DNA of 64,000 bases from Dimorphilus gyrociliatus (Eukaryota > Animalia > Annelida): NCBI GenBank assembly GCA_904063045.1, contig CAJFCJ010000075.1:1-64000 (forward strand). The letters are read 5' to 3'. Shown in pieces: positions 51,853 through 64,000 of the stretch. The notes beneath the pieces are model-generated. The model made no database searches, was not told the DNA's origin, and saw only the letters and a list, made by a program, of their open reading frames with translations. Made by a program: the position numbers and the translations under genes. The first letter of the stretch is position 1. Each line of letters opens with the position of its first letter.

Positions 51853-54344
51853 TTATTTAAAACAATTGTCTTTTATGTTCTTAAAAATTTCTCTACCAAT
51901 ATCTGATCCAATGGCATTTTTTTCCAAATTCAGATATTCTAAATTCGGATTACACCCTATTGCTCTTCCAATTATCAAACCAATACTCTCATTAAATGAA
52001 CAGTCTGATAAATCAAGTACTTTTAATTCAAAACAACTATTTTTAATATTTTGAAATATTTCTTTTCCAACCCCAGATCCAAATGCATTGTCTTGTAAAT
52101 TCAGATATTGCAAATGAGGATTACAACCAATAGCTTTTCCAACAACCATACTAACTTCAGGATCAAAGAAACATTCAGTAAAGACTATTTCCTTCAATTG
52201 AGAACAATTGTCTTTTATATTTTGAAATATTACTTTTAGAATAGCTGTATCAATAGCTTCATCAGGCAAATTGTCTTCTTTTTCACCTTGTGAATTCAGC
52301 TCGTTATCCAGTTGTGCAATTTTTTCAAGATGTTTGTTTAAACTAATTATTTATTAAAATTACAATTTTTCTTTATAGATTCTAGGAAAATTATGTCTGA
52401 GTCAAACTGAAAGTTAGTGTTTTTAAAGTAAAGTTGTTCCAGTTGCTGTAAACCTTCATTATTCGCACTAAATAAAGAAGTACGTTGTGTTTCTAATAGA
52501 GAGTTTTTATTTAAGATTTTAGTTCTGGCTTCATTTAAAATGAATGGATTTAAATTGAGTAGTGATATCTCTTTGATGTTAACATTTGTATGAATAGTTG
52601 ATTCAAGTTTCTTATCTGATGGTCTTTTACTAAAGTTACAGGTTTGAATCTTATTCTCAATTTTTTAATATTGTTTTGAGTTTCTAAAATTTTAATGGTC
52701 TTTTCGAAGACATCTTTTTCAAAAATGCTTTCATCAATTTCAAAGACTTGAATTGATATTTTCAAATTTCTTAAAATTTCCAGTTTACTACTCAATTTAA
52801 TCTTTTTACATTTTGTAATAATTAATGTATTATGTTGAAAGTAATGGTTTAAATGATAAAAAATATCCTGGATAAGTGAAAAATTGAAGTTTTCAGAATT
52901 TAACTGCTTAACTAGATCAATATCATGCAATTGAATTTTTTTGTCATCTAAATCAATTGAGTTGAATATTTGTAAATTTGATATTTGATTGACTTGTTTG
53001 GCTAAATCAATTACATTTTCAATTTTTAAATCACAGTCATAAAAGAATATTTGGGCTATCTTTGTCTTTTTCAGGGTTACTATCTTTTTGAAAAATTTAA
53101 TTATTGTACAAGCTTTAAAATTATTTTCTGAAAAGTCAATAACTTCGAGTGAATTTAAAACATTTAACTGTTTTGTAATAGCTATCAAGAATTTATCGCT
53201 CAAGTTGCATCTTTTTAAAAAGAGTTCTCGTAAGTTGTTTTCCTGAATTGAATGAAATATTTCACCATGAATATTTAAGTTATTGTCTGAAATGTTTAGA
53301 TAACTGTAGTTATTGAAAGTATATTTCTTGTTGAAGAGTTGTTCTGTTAAATTGCATTTGCAACAGTTGATTTTCAGATTTGCTTTTAAAGGATGTTTTA
53401 ATAGAGATAGTATTTTATGTGCCTTCTTTTCAATCCCAGTATTATGACTGATTGATAAGTCTGACAAATCCTTTAGTTTTGGCAAACTTTCACTTAAATA
53501 ATCAATAGATTGATCAGTTAAATTACAATTTGTCAAATCTAATTGATTTAATTGAAGCGATGTGTGAATAATTTTTTGAAATACACAAAATAATAAATTA
53601 TTGCTGATATCATTATTTGTAAATGCTACAGATTTCAAATTCAATTTACTTGATTCATTGTTCAAGTCTATTTTATCATCCAAGACTTTTATTTTTGGTA
53701 GTTTTAGTCTTTCTAGAGAATCCATTTTGAGGATATATTTTATAAATTCACAATCTTTAGATTCTATCAAAGTATTTCCCTCCAACTCTAACACTCTTAG
53801 AAATAAGCAATTCTTAAGTAATGTCACCAATTCTTGTGCAGAAAACTTTATATTACAATGGTTAAGCTTTAATATTTTCAAATAATTATGATTTTCTGCA
53901 ATTATTGATATTAACAACTTATCTGAATTTTGACTGAAGTTTTTGTCGCATAGGCCTAATTCAGTCAATATTGTAAAATTTTTCAGACTATTTATCATTG
54001 AACATTGAAAATCCTTGATCACATTAATTGAGATTGATTTTTTTAGCATCACTTGATAAAAGTGTATTGAACAGCATATCAATGTTCTTTTCTGTAAAAT
54101 GACAAAACATTTCTAAACATTTTTTTTTTGTAAGTAATAAATATTTACCAATAATTTTGCATCTTGTAAATTTGACTTTGGTCAAAGTCTTGCATTCATT
54201 TTTTTGATTGCGAAAAACATCCAATGAAAAGATGTTGCAATTGTTTAGTGTTAAAGATTTAAGAGATAATGATTCAATGGAAATTTGTAAATGTTTTTCA
54301 TCCTTGAAAAGAATATCAGAGAAAATGGAGGAATAGTATACCAT
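51853..54344 (-). CDS. Ribonuclease-inhibitor-like LRR protein (NLR-type LRR region); 5' part lost at the assembly gap, 3' part broken near the Tc1 element
   Basis: ORFs 54024-54344, 52550-54082 and 51853-52269 contain RI-like repeats (LKILKLNHCNI; LNQLDLTNCNLTDQSIDYLSESL; GKAIGCNPHLQYLNLQDNAFG). No NACHT domain is visible in the window. Confidence 0.7.
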
Positions 54345-54782
54345 GCCAAATGCTTGGTTTCATAATGTCATTTTCAATAATATTTTCCATGTTGAATGTC
54401 CTTTTATTGACATAGGAAAGATATAAAATTGTATTGATTCCATTAAAATTAAATACATTTAAAGAACACCCAAAAAGAATGGGGATTATTGCATTTCTAA
54501 TAGCTATAATTTTGGCTACAATACCTATGTTAAGATTTAAAGTTAGTAGAGAATTTTTGAAATTAATTTTTTGAAGTCTATTCTCTTGCCTTTAAATAAA
54601 GGACTTTTACTCTAAATCATCAATTTGTATAAACATTTATATTGGATATGATAAGACTGATGGTTGAATCTATTCTTTTATTGTCTTTGGCTTGATGATG
54701 TATCAATTTTTATCAATATACCAATCAAAAAAAAAATGATAGCCAAATCTGTCTGTTTCAGAAGAAAAAATATTTCAATAAA

Positions 54783-54792
54783 NNNNNNNNNN
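54783..54792. other. Assembly gap (10 N)
   Basis: Run of N in the sequence. Confidence 1.
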
Positions 54793-55859
54793 TGATTTCG
54801 AACTAAAACTAGTTCAATTAAATATCAATTATGCTTAAATTCTAAGTTTAGATTATATTCACTATTCAACAGTATTGTATACACAATACTGTTCTTTTTA
54901 ACATGCATTAATCAGATATACTTCCTCCTTATATGCTGATGCTAATTTACTAACTCAATCAATTGAATATCATTATTAAGGTAGAATATAAAAAATATAC
55001 AATCTACATGTTTTCTTGATTGTTGACTTGTCCTACTAAAATTGTTACATCTTATGCAACTCTCCAACCTTCGAAATTCAACTATTATTTAGAAGAGGAA
55101 AACAATAAAAACATGACCATATTTAGAACTTTAAACCTTTGAAAAGTTTAAAAATACTACTCAGTAATAATTTCAAATTGTGTTGTTTATCAGATTTATT
55201 TTTTGTTTTTTCAAAGAAAATCACAACTTTATAAAAATAGTTAGATTACTTTTAACTTAAATATTTTATATCAAAGTTCAAGGTCAAAATATTTCTTTTG
55301 CAGCAATCAACTTTATAGAAAAGAGAAAATATTTTAATATAGTTTGCTTTTGCAATGATAATTTAGAAAGTTTTTCTCCAACTAAAGATAATTATTTAAA
55401 TATGTCAATAAAGAGGAAATTGAGAATTATCAAAGATATTTTAAATTGTCTACAGTTTATGCATAAAACGAAATATGCTTCAATGGAAATTTCAATATTA
55501 ACAATGTTTATCTTTCGTATGTAAAATATGTCTTTTTTAAAAAAATTTTCCCTTTTTCTTAAATTTTCATCAGGTTTATGAAAATTCAAGATTAACTATA
55601 AACTGGTAAGAGATACTTTGAAAAAAATGATATCCTTTCTTTTTCGTCACTGATATTTAATATATTTGAACCTTTAATCTATCTATCTGAGTGAATTTCT
55701 GTGTCATAAAGATAAAGTTTTTTCTTAATTTTTTTTGTAATTTTAATAAATTTTTTGGTTTTAATGTTTTTTATGGTTTGACTAGGATAGGAATACTAAT
55801 GAAACGCTCACTATTAAAATGAATAATAACCTGTTGAAAACAATTGTTCCTCTAAATTT

Positions 55860-56390
55860 GAAATTATAAAAAATAGAAGCCAGTAAGGCGGGAATTAATT
55901 AGTTCATAATGGCTTTTCTTTTAGTATTTCATTTAAAATCAAAAAGAGAACTGTGTTGATATGCGACAGAAGAAATAAGAGTCAAAGGTGTCTTGTTAGA
56001 GTCAATCAAAATGAAAATTTTTAAATACAGGAACTGAGCTGCTTTTGTGAATAAAAGGGAATAGGTGGCAGCTATAACACCATGCAAAATATAATGACAT
56101 TATCATTTCTGCCATCCAACATTATTAAAACTTCTTTCAATAATAATGTTCAGACAGCTTCTATACATTCAGAGTTTTAATGGATTTACATCAATAACTA
56201 GTGGTTTTATAGATATTTTCTATCACAAAACTAGTCAATACATGATGAGGCAATCAGAATCAACAATGATCTAGAAGGATGGTTTAATAAATCTATTCTT
56301 ATATTGTATTTGTCTTCATCCTATGTGATCATTAATTGCTTAGAAAGAAGCAAAGTTAACCGCATTTTATAAGAAATTATGTGCAGGGCC
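55860..56390 (+). mobile_element. Mutator/FLYWCH transposase remnant (left-arm copy)
   Basis: Reads FEIIKNRSQ*GGN*LVHNGFSFSISFKIKKRTVLICDRRNKSQRCLVRV, then RINNDLEGWFNK and RKEAKLTAFYKKL. These match the remnant at 203-600. Confidence 0.55.
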
Positions 56391-56535
56391 ACGCACAATA
56401 TTATTATATAAATAGCAAAATGAACGCAGGCATTTGCACAAAAAGAAATCCTTACAATGAATGTAATGAATTTAATAACAATTACAAAACTACATAAACA
56501 GAATATTTATATGCTAACGTTCTGTTCACATTACA

Positions 56536-57462
56536 TGTTATGAGTAAATGTGAGTCAGTATGTGAGCGTCAGTATGTGAGCGTCACTTAAGAAGGGAGTT
56601 TGACTTAGCCCAGAGCTGGGACAGTCCAACTTGATGTTATGTCACGAGGTAAATAACGACGTGGCATGAACGTGGCAATGCAGATGAGCACAGTCAAACA
56701 CCCAATTAAGTGACACTAACAAAGTATAAAGGGAGTGAATGTAATAGAACAGTGTGAGAGACCAAAAGAATATCAAATACATTTATACGAAATTCTTAGG
56801 AATTTCGTGCTATAAGCGAAAAACAAAATCTTATAAACTACATTTGTCTTACTTATCTACCTATGAACATTAATTTAGCAGCCAGCTAAAGAGTACTAAA
56901 AGGTCAAACTTGACTATTGTTGACTTTTGGACTGCAGTTCTATCTTCTCACATTCAATGGTTGAATTGAATGTTACTGAAATTGTTACATCTTATGAAAT
57001 ATATCTGACCAAATACCCAGGATGAATGGAACCAGTGCTTGGTGTATTATTAAATGAGCAGTGCAGACGACTACGGTTGGGACGAGAACGAAATTCTTAC
57101 GATCAAGATACAACAAAGTACAATTTTGTAACCCGTCTTTTTTTCCTTTACCTACAAAAGCTACTGAACAGAATGTTATACTCTGTGCTTGATAGTGTGA
57201 GCCAGTGAATGTATGTCAATATGTACGCGTCACTTAAAGGGAGAGCTTGACTTAGCCGAAGCTAGGACAGTAGATAGAGAACAATGTGGCACAAACGTGG
57301 CACCACGAATGATCACTGTCAAGGACCCAGTTAGGTGACGCTAGCAAAGGTATAAAAGAGAGTGAATGTATCCAAAACGGTGTGAGAAAGCTGAGAAATA
57401 ATTTTAGACGGAATTGTCCGCAATTCCGTACTATAAGCGAAAAATAAATCTTATAAAGCTAC
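56536..57462 (+). repeat. Two diverged ~300 bp solo-LTR-like elements (56536-56842 and 57174-57462), left-arm copy
   Basis: Both start TGTTAT and share cgtcacttaa, ttgacttagcc, acgtggca, TATAAA-gagtgaatgta, a 9-bp hairpin and ctataagcgaaaaa. The first ends in ...ACA. Confidence 0.5.
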
Positions 57463-57799
57463 TTTAATATCACTTCCCTCTCCTTTTTTAACTAAGCTTA
57501 AAATCACTGTTAAAAATGTTATATTTAAAATTGGTGTTTTGTAAAAAAAAATATTTGTTTATCTTTTTTTCTTAGAGTTCCACTTACAATCAAAAATTTA
57601 TCTCTTTTTTCAGATTTAATCATAAAGTATCAAGAAATTGAAAGATCACAAAGTATGTATAAAGAAAATAACTGGTCAAAAACTCATACCTATAGATAAT
57701 ATTGATAATAAAAATGATAAACTCTGTCATTTTGAGTATAAATATTCAAATAAAATATGCATCTCAATCAATAAAGAAGGTACTCTACTAAACTTCAAG

Positions 57800-58427
57800 A
57801 TGAGAAGTTTACTATCATTTTTAATAAGTAATATTTGTTTTCTTTTTTTAACAAATTTAAAAAAAATTGTTTTTCATTTTTTGTTGTTTTTGTTTTTGCT
57901 TCCTTTTGCAGTATTTTTAATGGTCAATGTAACCATGGCGATTTTACTTGTCCAGTTGATTCAGCATTGAAACCAATTGATGGTGTTTATGGTGATCCGG
58001 AGAATGTGGAATTATTATCATTGTATTAATGATACGGATATAGCCAACAATGTCCTCCACGACTTTTCTTTTCCATTAGTGTAAAGGATTGTAAATATTC
58101 AATGTGTGTTGAACCACATGATGCCTTTTGTCCTGGAGAAGTTTCAACAACATACAAAGCTAGACACTGCTCGAAAGTGTTCAACAAACACCAATGGTAA
58201 AAATATGTATAAAGAGGCTTGTTATGTGGAGAATAGTGAGTGCGAAGGCAATCACAACGGAACATTTCCCAATATGAATGATTGTAGACAATACTATCAT
58301 TGTCATAATGGAGTTGCTTGGCCTCAACAGTGTCCACCTGGCTATTTCTTTAGTCCATCATATAATATTCGAGATTGCGCAACAAGAATATGCGTAACTA
58401 GTGAAGAAGCAAATTGTCCAAAACCAG
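57800..58427 (+). pseudogene. Frameshifted mirror copy of the chitin-binding gene (left arm)
   Basis: Same sequence as 58725-59362 reverse-complemented, but with single-base deletions (e.g. gatacggatatag vs gatacggcatatag; aacaacatacaaagctag vs aacaacaatacaaagcctag). Confidence 0.7.
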
Positions 58428-58429
58428 TA

Positions 58430-59362
58430 AATGAAAAAGTAAACCACTCTTTTTTATATTCCAACTGTGTAGATGCATTAATAATTTCATTGTCGTGATT
58501 TATTTTTTGCCATTGGGCTGTGGCCACTCCTGTGAGTATCGGGTTGTAGTCATGATACATAAATGCTGGATTCTTTTCCAAATGACCGAGATTTTGACAT
58601 ACTACACTTCGACTATCCTGGCATTCGGGTCTCCATTAGATGGTGGGGATTTGTACAATCTGGTACGTATTCTAAGGCCATCGCCGCAGTTTGGATCGCA
58701 TCATCATTGACATTCGTCAGCCTCCTGGTTTTGGACAATTTGCTTCTTCACTAGTTACGCATATTCTTGTTGCGCAATCTCGAATATTATATGATGGACT
58801 AAAGAAATAGCCAGGTGGACACTGTTGAGGCCAAGCAACTCCATTATGACAATGATAGTATTGTCTACAATCATTCATATTGGGAAATGTTCCGTTGTGA
58901 TTGCCTTCGCACTCACTATTCTCCACATAACAAGCCTCTTTATACATATTTTTACCATTGGTGTTTGTTGAACACTTTCGAGCAGTGTCTAGGCTTTGTA
59001 TTGTTGTTGAAACTTCTCCAGGACAAAAGGCATCATGTGGTTCAACACACATTGAATATTTACAATCCTTTACACTAATGGAAAAGAAAAGTCGTGGAGG
59101 ACATTGTTGGCTATATGCCGTATCATTAATACAATGATAATAAATTCCACAATTCTCCGGATCACCATAAACACCATCAATTGGTTTCAATGCTGAATCA
59201 ACTGGACAAGTAAAATCGCCATGGTTACATTGGACCATTAAAAATACTGCAAAAGGAAGCAAAAACAAAAAACAACAAAAAATGAAAAACAATTTTTTTT
59301 TAAATTTGTTAAAAAAAAGAAAACAAATATTTACTTATTAAAAATGATAGTAAACTTCTCAT
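58430..59362 (-). pseudogene. Truncated paralog of the CBM14-TSP1-gC1q gene (intact 185-aa signal + 2x CBM14, then decayed TSP1 and the start of gC1q)
   Basis: Exon 59362-59335, an intron and exon 59246-58717 give MRSLLSFLIIFLMVQCNHGDFTCPVDS...CPKPGG*, with TGA where the paralog has TGG (Trp). The spacer then encodes CDPNCGDGLRIRTRLYKSPPSNG in a shifted frame and EKNPAFMY...QW.KI...FTFSF (gC1q start). Confidence 0.8.
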
Positions 59363-59700
59363 CTTGAAGTTTAGTAGAGTACCTTCTTTATTGATTGAGA
59401 TGCATATTTTATTTGAATATTTATACTCAAAATGACAGAGTTTATCATTTTATTATCAATATTATCTATAGGTATGAGTTTTTGACCAGTTTATTTTCTT
59501 TATACATACTTTGTGATCTTTCAATTTCTTGATACTTTATGATTAAATCTGAAAAAAGAGATAAATTTTTGATTGTAAGTGGAACTCTAAGAAAAAAAGA
59601 TAAACAAATATTTTTTTTTTACAAAACACCAATTTTAAATATAACATTTTTAACAGTGATTTTAAGCTTAGTTAAAAAAGGAGAGGGAAGTGATATTAAA

Positions 59701-60631
59701 GTAGCTTTATAAGATTTATTTTTCGCTTATAGTACGGAATTGCGGACAATTCCGTCTAAAATTATTTCTCAGCTTTCTCACACCGTTTTGGATACATTCA
59801 CTCTCTTTTATACCTTTGCTAGCGTCACCTAACTGGGTCCTTGACAGTGATCATTCGTGGTGCCACGTTTGTGCCACATTGTTCTCTATCTACTGTCCTA
59901 GCTTCGGCTAAGTCAAGCTCTCCCTTTAAGTGACGCGTACATATTGACATACATTCACTGGCTCACACTATCAAGCACAGAGTATAACATTCTGTTCAGT
60001 AGCTTTTGTAGGTAAAGGAAAAAAAGACGGGTTACAAAATTGTACTTTGTTGTATCTTGATCGTAAGAATTTCGTTCTCGTCCCAACCGTAGTCGTCTGC
60101 ACTGCTCATTTAATAATACACCAAAGCACTGGTTCCATTCATCCTGGGTATTTGGGTCAGATATATTTCATAAGATGTAACAATTTCAGTAACATTCAAT
60201 TCAACCATTGAATGTGAGAAGATAGAACTGCAGTCCAAAAGTCAACAATAGTCAAGTTTGACCTTTTAGTACTCTTTAGCTGGCTGCTAAATTAATGTTC
60301 ATAGGTAGATAAGTAAGACAAATGTAGTTTATAAGATTTTGTTTTTCGCTTATAGCACGAAATTCCTAAGAATTTCGTATAAATTGTATTTGATATTCTT
60401 TTGGTCTCTCACACTGTTCTATTACATTCACTCCCTTTTATACTTTGTTAGTGTCACTTAATTGGGTGTTTGACTGTGCTCATCTGCATTGCCACGTTCA
60501 TGCCACGTCGTTATTTACCTCGTGACATAACATCAAGTTGGACTGTCCCAGCTCTGGGCTAAGTCAAACTCCCTTCTTAAGTGACGCTCACATACTGACG
60601 CTCACATACTGACTCACATTTACTCATAACA
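59701..60631 (-). repeat. Two diverged ~300 bp solo-LTR-like elements (60323-60631 and 59701-59989), right-arm copy
   Basis: Mirror image of 56536-57462. They lie ~340 bp upstream of, and in the same sense as, the chitin-binding gene starting at 59362. Confidence 0.5.
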
Positions 60632-60789
60632 TGTAATGTGAACAGAACGTTAGCATATAAATATTCTGTTTATGTAGTTTTGTAATTGTTATTAAATTCA
60701 TTACATTCATTTGTAAGGATTTCTTTTTGTGCAAATGCCTGCGTTCATTTTGCTATTTATATAATAATATTGTGCGTGGCCCTGCACAT

Positions 60790-61310
60790 AATTTCTTATA
60801 AAATGCGGTTAACTTTGCTTCTTTCTAAGCAATTAATGATCACATAGGATGAAGACAAATACAATATAAGAATAGATTTATTAAACCATCCTTCTAGATC
60901 ATTGTTGATTCTGATTGCCTCATCATGTATTGACTAGTTTTGTGATAGAAAATATCTATAAAACCACTAGTTATTGATGTAAATCCATTAAAACTCTGAA
61001 TGTATAGAAGCTGTCTGAACATTATTATTGAAAGAAGTTTTAATAATGTTGGATGGCAGAAATGATAATGTCATTATATTTTGCATGGTGTTATAGCTGC
61101 CACCTATTCCCTTTTATTCACAAAAGCAGCTCAGTTCCTGTATTTAAAAATTTTCATTTTGATTGACTCTAACAAGACACCTTTGACTCTTATTTCTTCT
61201 GTCGCATATCAACACAGTTCTCTTTTTGATTTTAAATGAAATACTAAAAGAAAAGCCATTATGAACTAATTAATTCCCGCCTTACTGGCTTCTATTTTTT
61301 ATAATTTCAA
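60790..61310 (-). mobile_element. Mutator/FLYWCH transposase remnant (right-arm copy)
   Basis: Mirror image of 55860-56390. Confidence 0.55.
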
Positions 61311-62843
61311 ATTTAGAGGAACAATTGTTTTCAACAGGTTATTATTCATTTTAATAGTGAGCGTTTTCATTAGTATTCCTATCCTAGTCAAACCATAAAA
61401 ACATTAAAACCAAAAAATTTATTAAAATTACAAAAAAAATTAAGAAAAAACTTTATCTTTATGACACAGAAATTCACTCAGATAGATAGATTTAAAGGTT
61501 CAAATATATTAAATATCAGTGACGAAAAAGAAAGGATATCATTTTTTTCAAAAGTATCTCTTACCAGTTTATAGTTAATCTTTGAATTTTCATAAACCTG
61601 ATGAAAATTTAAGAAAAAGGGAAAAATTTTTTTAAAAAAGACATATTTTACATACGAAAAGATAAACATTGTTAATATTGAAATTTCCATTGAAGCATAT
61701 TTCGTTTTTATGCATAAACTGTAGACAATTTAAAATATCTTTGATAATTCTCAATTTCCTCTTTATTGACATATTTAAATAATTATCTTTAGTTGGAGAA
61801 AAACTTTCTAAATTATCATTGCAAAAGCAAACTATATTAAAATATTTTCTCTTTTCTATAAAGTTGATTGCTGCAAAAGAAATATTTTGACCTTGAACTT
61901 TGATATAAAATATTTAAGTTAAAAGTATCTAACTATTTTTATAAAGTTGTGATTTTTCTTTGAAAAAACAAAAAATAAATCTTGATAAACAACACAATTT
62001 GAAATTATTACTGAGTAGTATTTTTAAACTTTTCAAAGGTTTAAAGTTCTAAATATGGTCATGTTTTTATTGTTTTCCTCTTCTAAATAATAGTTGAATT
62101 TCGAAGGTTGGAGAGTTGCATAAGATGTAACAATTTTAGTAGGACAAGTCCAACAATCAAGAAAACATGTAGATTGTATATTTTTTATATTCTACCTTAA
62201 TAATGATATTCAATTGATTGAGTTAGTAAATTTAGCATCAGCATATAAGGAGGAAGTATATCTGATTAATGCATGTTAAAAAGAACAGTATTGTGTATAC
62301 AATACTGTTGAATAGTGAATATAATCTAAACTTAGAATTTAAGCATAATTGATATTTAATTGAACTAGTTTTAGTTCGAAATCATAAATTTATGGATTAA
62401 TAAATTGTAATATTAATGCTAGGTTGCAAATAGCAAATATTCTTTATATAATTCAATAGGTTTTATTGCTGCATAATGTGTATGCACTGCCCTATGCGAA
62501 ACTAGGTCACTACTGCTTATCTTTATCAGTGCTATATGCATAGTACAATACTGGTTCAATACTACTTCTCTATTGTAGAATATAGCTGACGAATGTATGT
62601 GTACATTCATTTTTTTATAATGAATTTTTGAACAGTAACAATTAAAAAATTGTGATGATTCACCAATAATTATTTGAGCTGAGATAAAAAAAAAGATTAT
62701 TTTATATTTGTTACTTATAAAAGGAAAGAAAAAAGTCAACTTTGTGAATTGAAGATATCTGAAATTTTCTGTCTATTTATGTTGTTACTTGAGAGAGAGA
62801 AAGAGACATATAATATTAATAACTTAAAAAAATAATTTTCTTT

Positions 62844-63930
62844 CTATATTGTATGTCTTTTTCTCATATTCTTTAAAATGAGTTGTTGTATTTCACTAAT
62901 ACAATAAATAAATGGATTTAGAAATGAATTAACTGGTACTAAAAATGCAACAATCCAGATACAAGTATTATTGTTTATGTTAATATCACTGAATGTTGAA
63001 ATTATGCCTGTGTAGTAGGGAAAAAGGTCGTTTACAACAGTCATTATTAAAAAAATTAATTTTTGTTCTCTATACCAAGTGTTGAAATTGGAAACCAACA
63101 ACAGAAATGCTCTTATTGTTACTCTAGCCAGTCTTTCTCTATAACTCTTATTATTTAGAAGAGAGTTTGAAATTCTTACATTCTTTAAGATAAAAAAATA
63201 AATAATTCCATTAAAAATGAAACAGCAAAGAAGAATTATTCCATATATTATAAAGGAGTATAGCCAAACTTCTAATATGCAAAGAATAGCAAATAGATGA
63301 TCCAGAAAAATATTTCTAATAAGTCAAAAAAAACTTCAATTAAAATAGAATTTTTCTTTTGAATTTTAGCTTTTTTTTGTCTTTTTGTACTGGAAATAGA
63401 AAATCTGGAATGACTGCAACAATCATAGATATTGCTAAAAGGATTAGTACAGTGAACAGTTTTGTCTTTTTATTCATAAATGTATCAAAAGGTTTTGTAA
63501 TTACAAAATGTCTTTCAATACCAATTGCTAAAATATGAATGTTACTTTTGTTTTTGTGAACATTGAAATTTGTGAACTATCAACCCTTAAAAGAGTATAT
63601 AAACCCTACGAAATTAACAGTTGATAGTTCAGTTTTCTAACCGTCAGCTAGTTGTTTAAACTAGCTTGTTTAGAACTAGAAGCTCATTTTACTCAATACA
63701 TATTCTTTGGACGAAATACTGGTGTTTTGTTAATTAATTTCTACCGAAATTGCCTTTGTTAGACTATTTGTGGACGAACTTTAAAGGTTCTATTTGGACC
63801 AGTACTTTGGCAAGTTGGTAAATGATTGGAAAGGACGATTACAGTTGTGACGAACCAGAAATTCCTACAATTACAATACAACAAAGTACAATGAAGATTG
63901 ATAAAAATTTATTTTATAACTTTCAATATC
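62844..63930 (-). pseudogene. LGR-type GPCR 7TM remnant
   Basis: Fragments read KFLSIFIVLCCIVIVGISG (TM1-like), ILAIGIERHFVITKPF (TM3), EKRLARV...LLVSNFNTW (TM6) and WIVAFLVPVNSFLNPFIY (TM7). They are broken by several stops and frameshifts. Confidence 0.6.
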
Positions 63931-64000
63931 TCAAATGTATTTTAGAAATTTCAAATGCAATATACTTTTGCCATAAAAATCAGTTTGCTTTGGTAAATAA

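Larger units (their letters stand above)
54793..62384. repeat. Large near-perfect inverted duplication: arms 54793-58427 and 58725-62384, spacer 58428-58724
   Basis: tgatttcgaactaaaactagttca at 54793 is the reverse complement of the sequence ending at 62384. ...gcaaattgtccaaaaccag ending at 58427 matches ctggttttggacaatttgc at 58725. All ORFs in the arms are mirrored. Confidence 0.97.

Noticed and set aside
56839-56852. U7 snRNA-like Sm site (ACATTTGTCTTA)
   Set aside because: Present after only one of the two element copies, and the hairpin lies upstream rather than downstream of it.
56843-57173. TRIM-like retroelement made of the two LTR-like repeats plus a 331-bp interior
   Set aside because: No primer-binding site after the first repeat, no polypurine tract before the second, no shared TSD, and the repeats are too diverged.
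54793-62384. Interpretation of the palindrome as a large TIR transposon or foldback element
   Set aside because: The arms are ordinary gene and intergenic sequence, one end is the assembly gap, and there is no transposase or TSD.
1-64000. CRISPR arrays, prokaryotic operons, rRNA genes
   Set aside because: No regularly spaced repeat-spacer structure or rRNA-like sequence was seen, and the DNA is intron-containing animal sequence.

Overview
AT-rich animal (eukaryotic) genomic DNA with very short introns (about 45-90 bp). The gene families suggest a compact spiralian or other invertebrate genome, such as a small annelid; this is inference only. No prokaryotic features, CRISPR arrays or rRNA are present. 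The main gene is a ~21 kb minus-strand polycystin-1-like receptor/channel (28124-49077). It has an unusually long N-terminal array of C-type lectin, PAN/Apple, discoidin (F5/8C), fibrinogen-like and fucolectin domains, three copies of an unnamed 4-Cys module, PKD repeats, REJ, a degenerate GPS, PLAT and a polycystin channel. Around it are many secreted or surface recognition genes: two triple-gC1q genes (one fused to chitin-binding and TSP1 domains), a small Cys-hairpin peptide precursor, discoidin, PAN and fucolectin proteins, rhodopsin-type and LGR-type GPCRs, and RNI-like LRR genes. Many of these carry stops or frameshifts. Also present are tRNA-Ile(AAT), a decayed Tc1 (DD34E) element, Mutator/FLYWCH remnants, a MITE pair, and solo-LTR-like elements with a covarying hairpin. 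A ~7.6 kb palindrome (54793-62384) abuts an N-gap, and its left arm may be an assembly fold-back artefact. Exon joins were read by eye and all domain calls are from motif recognition, not database searches.
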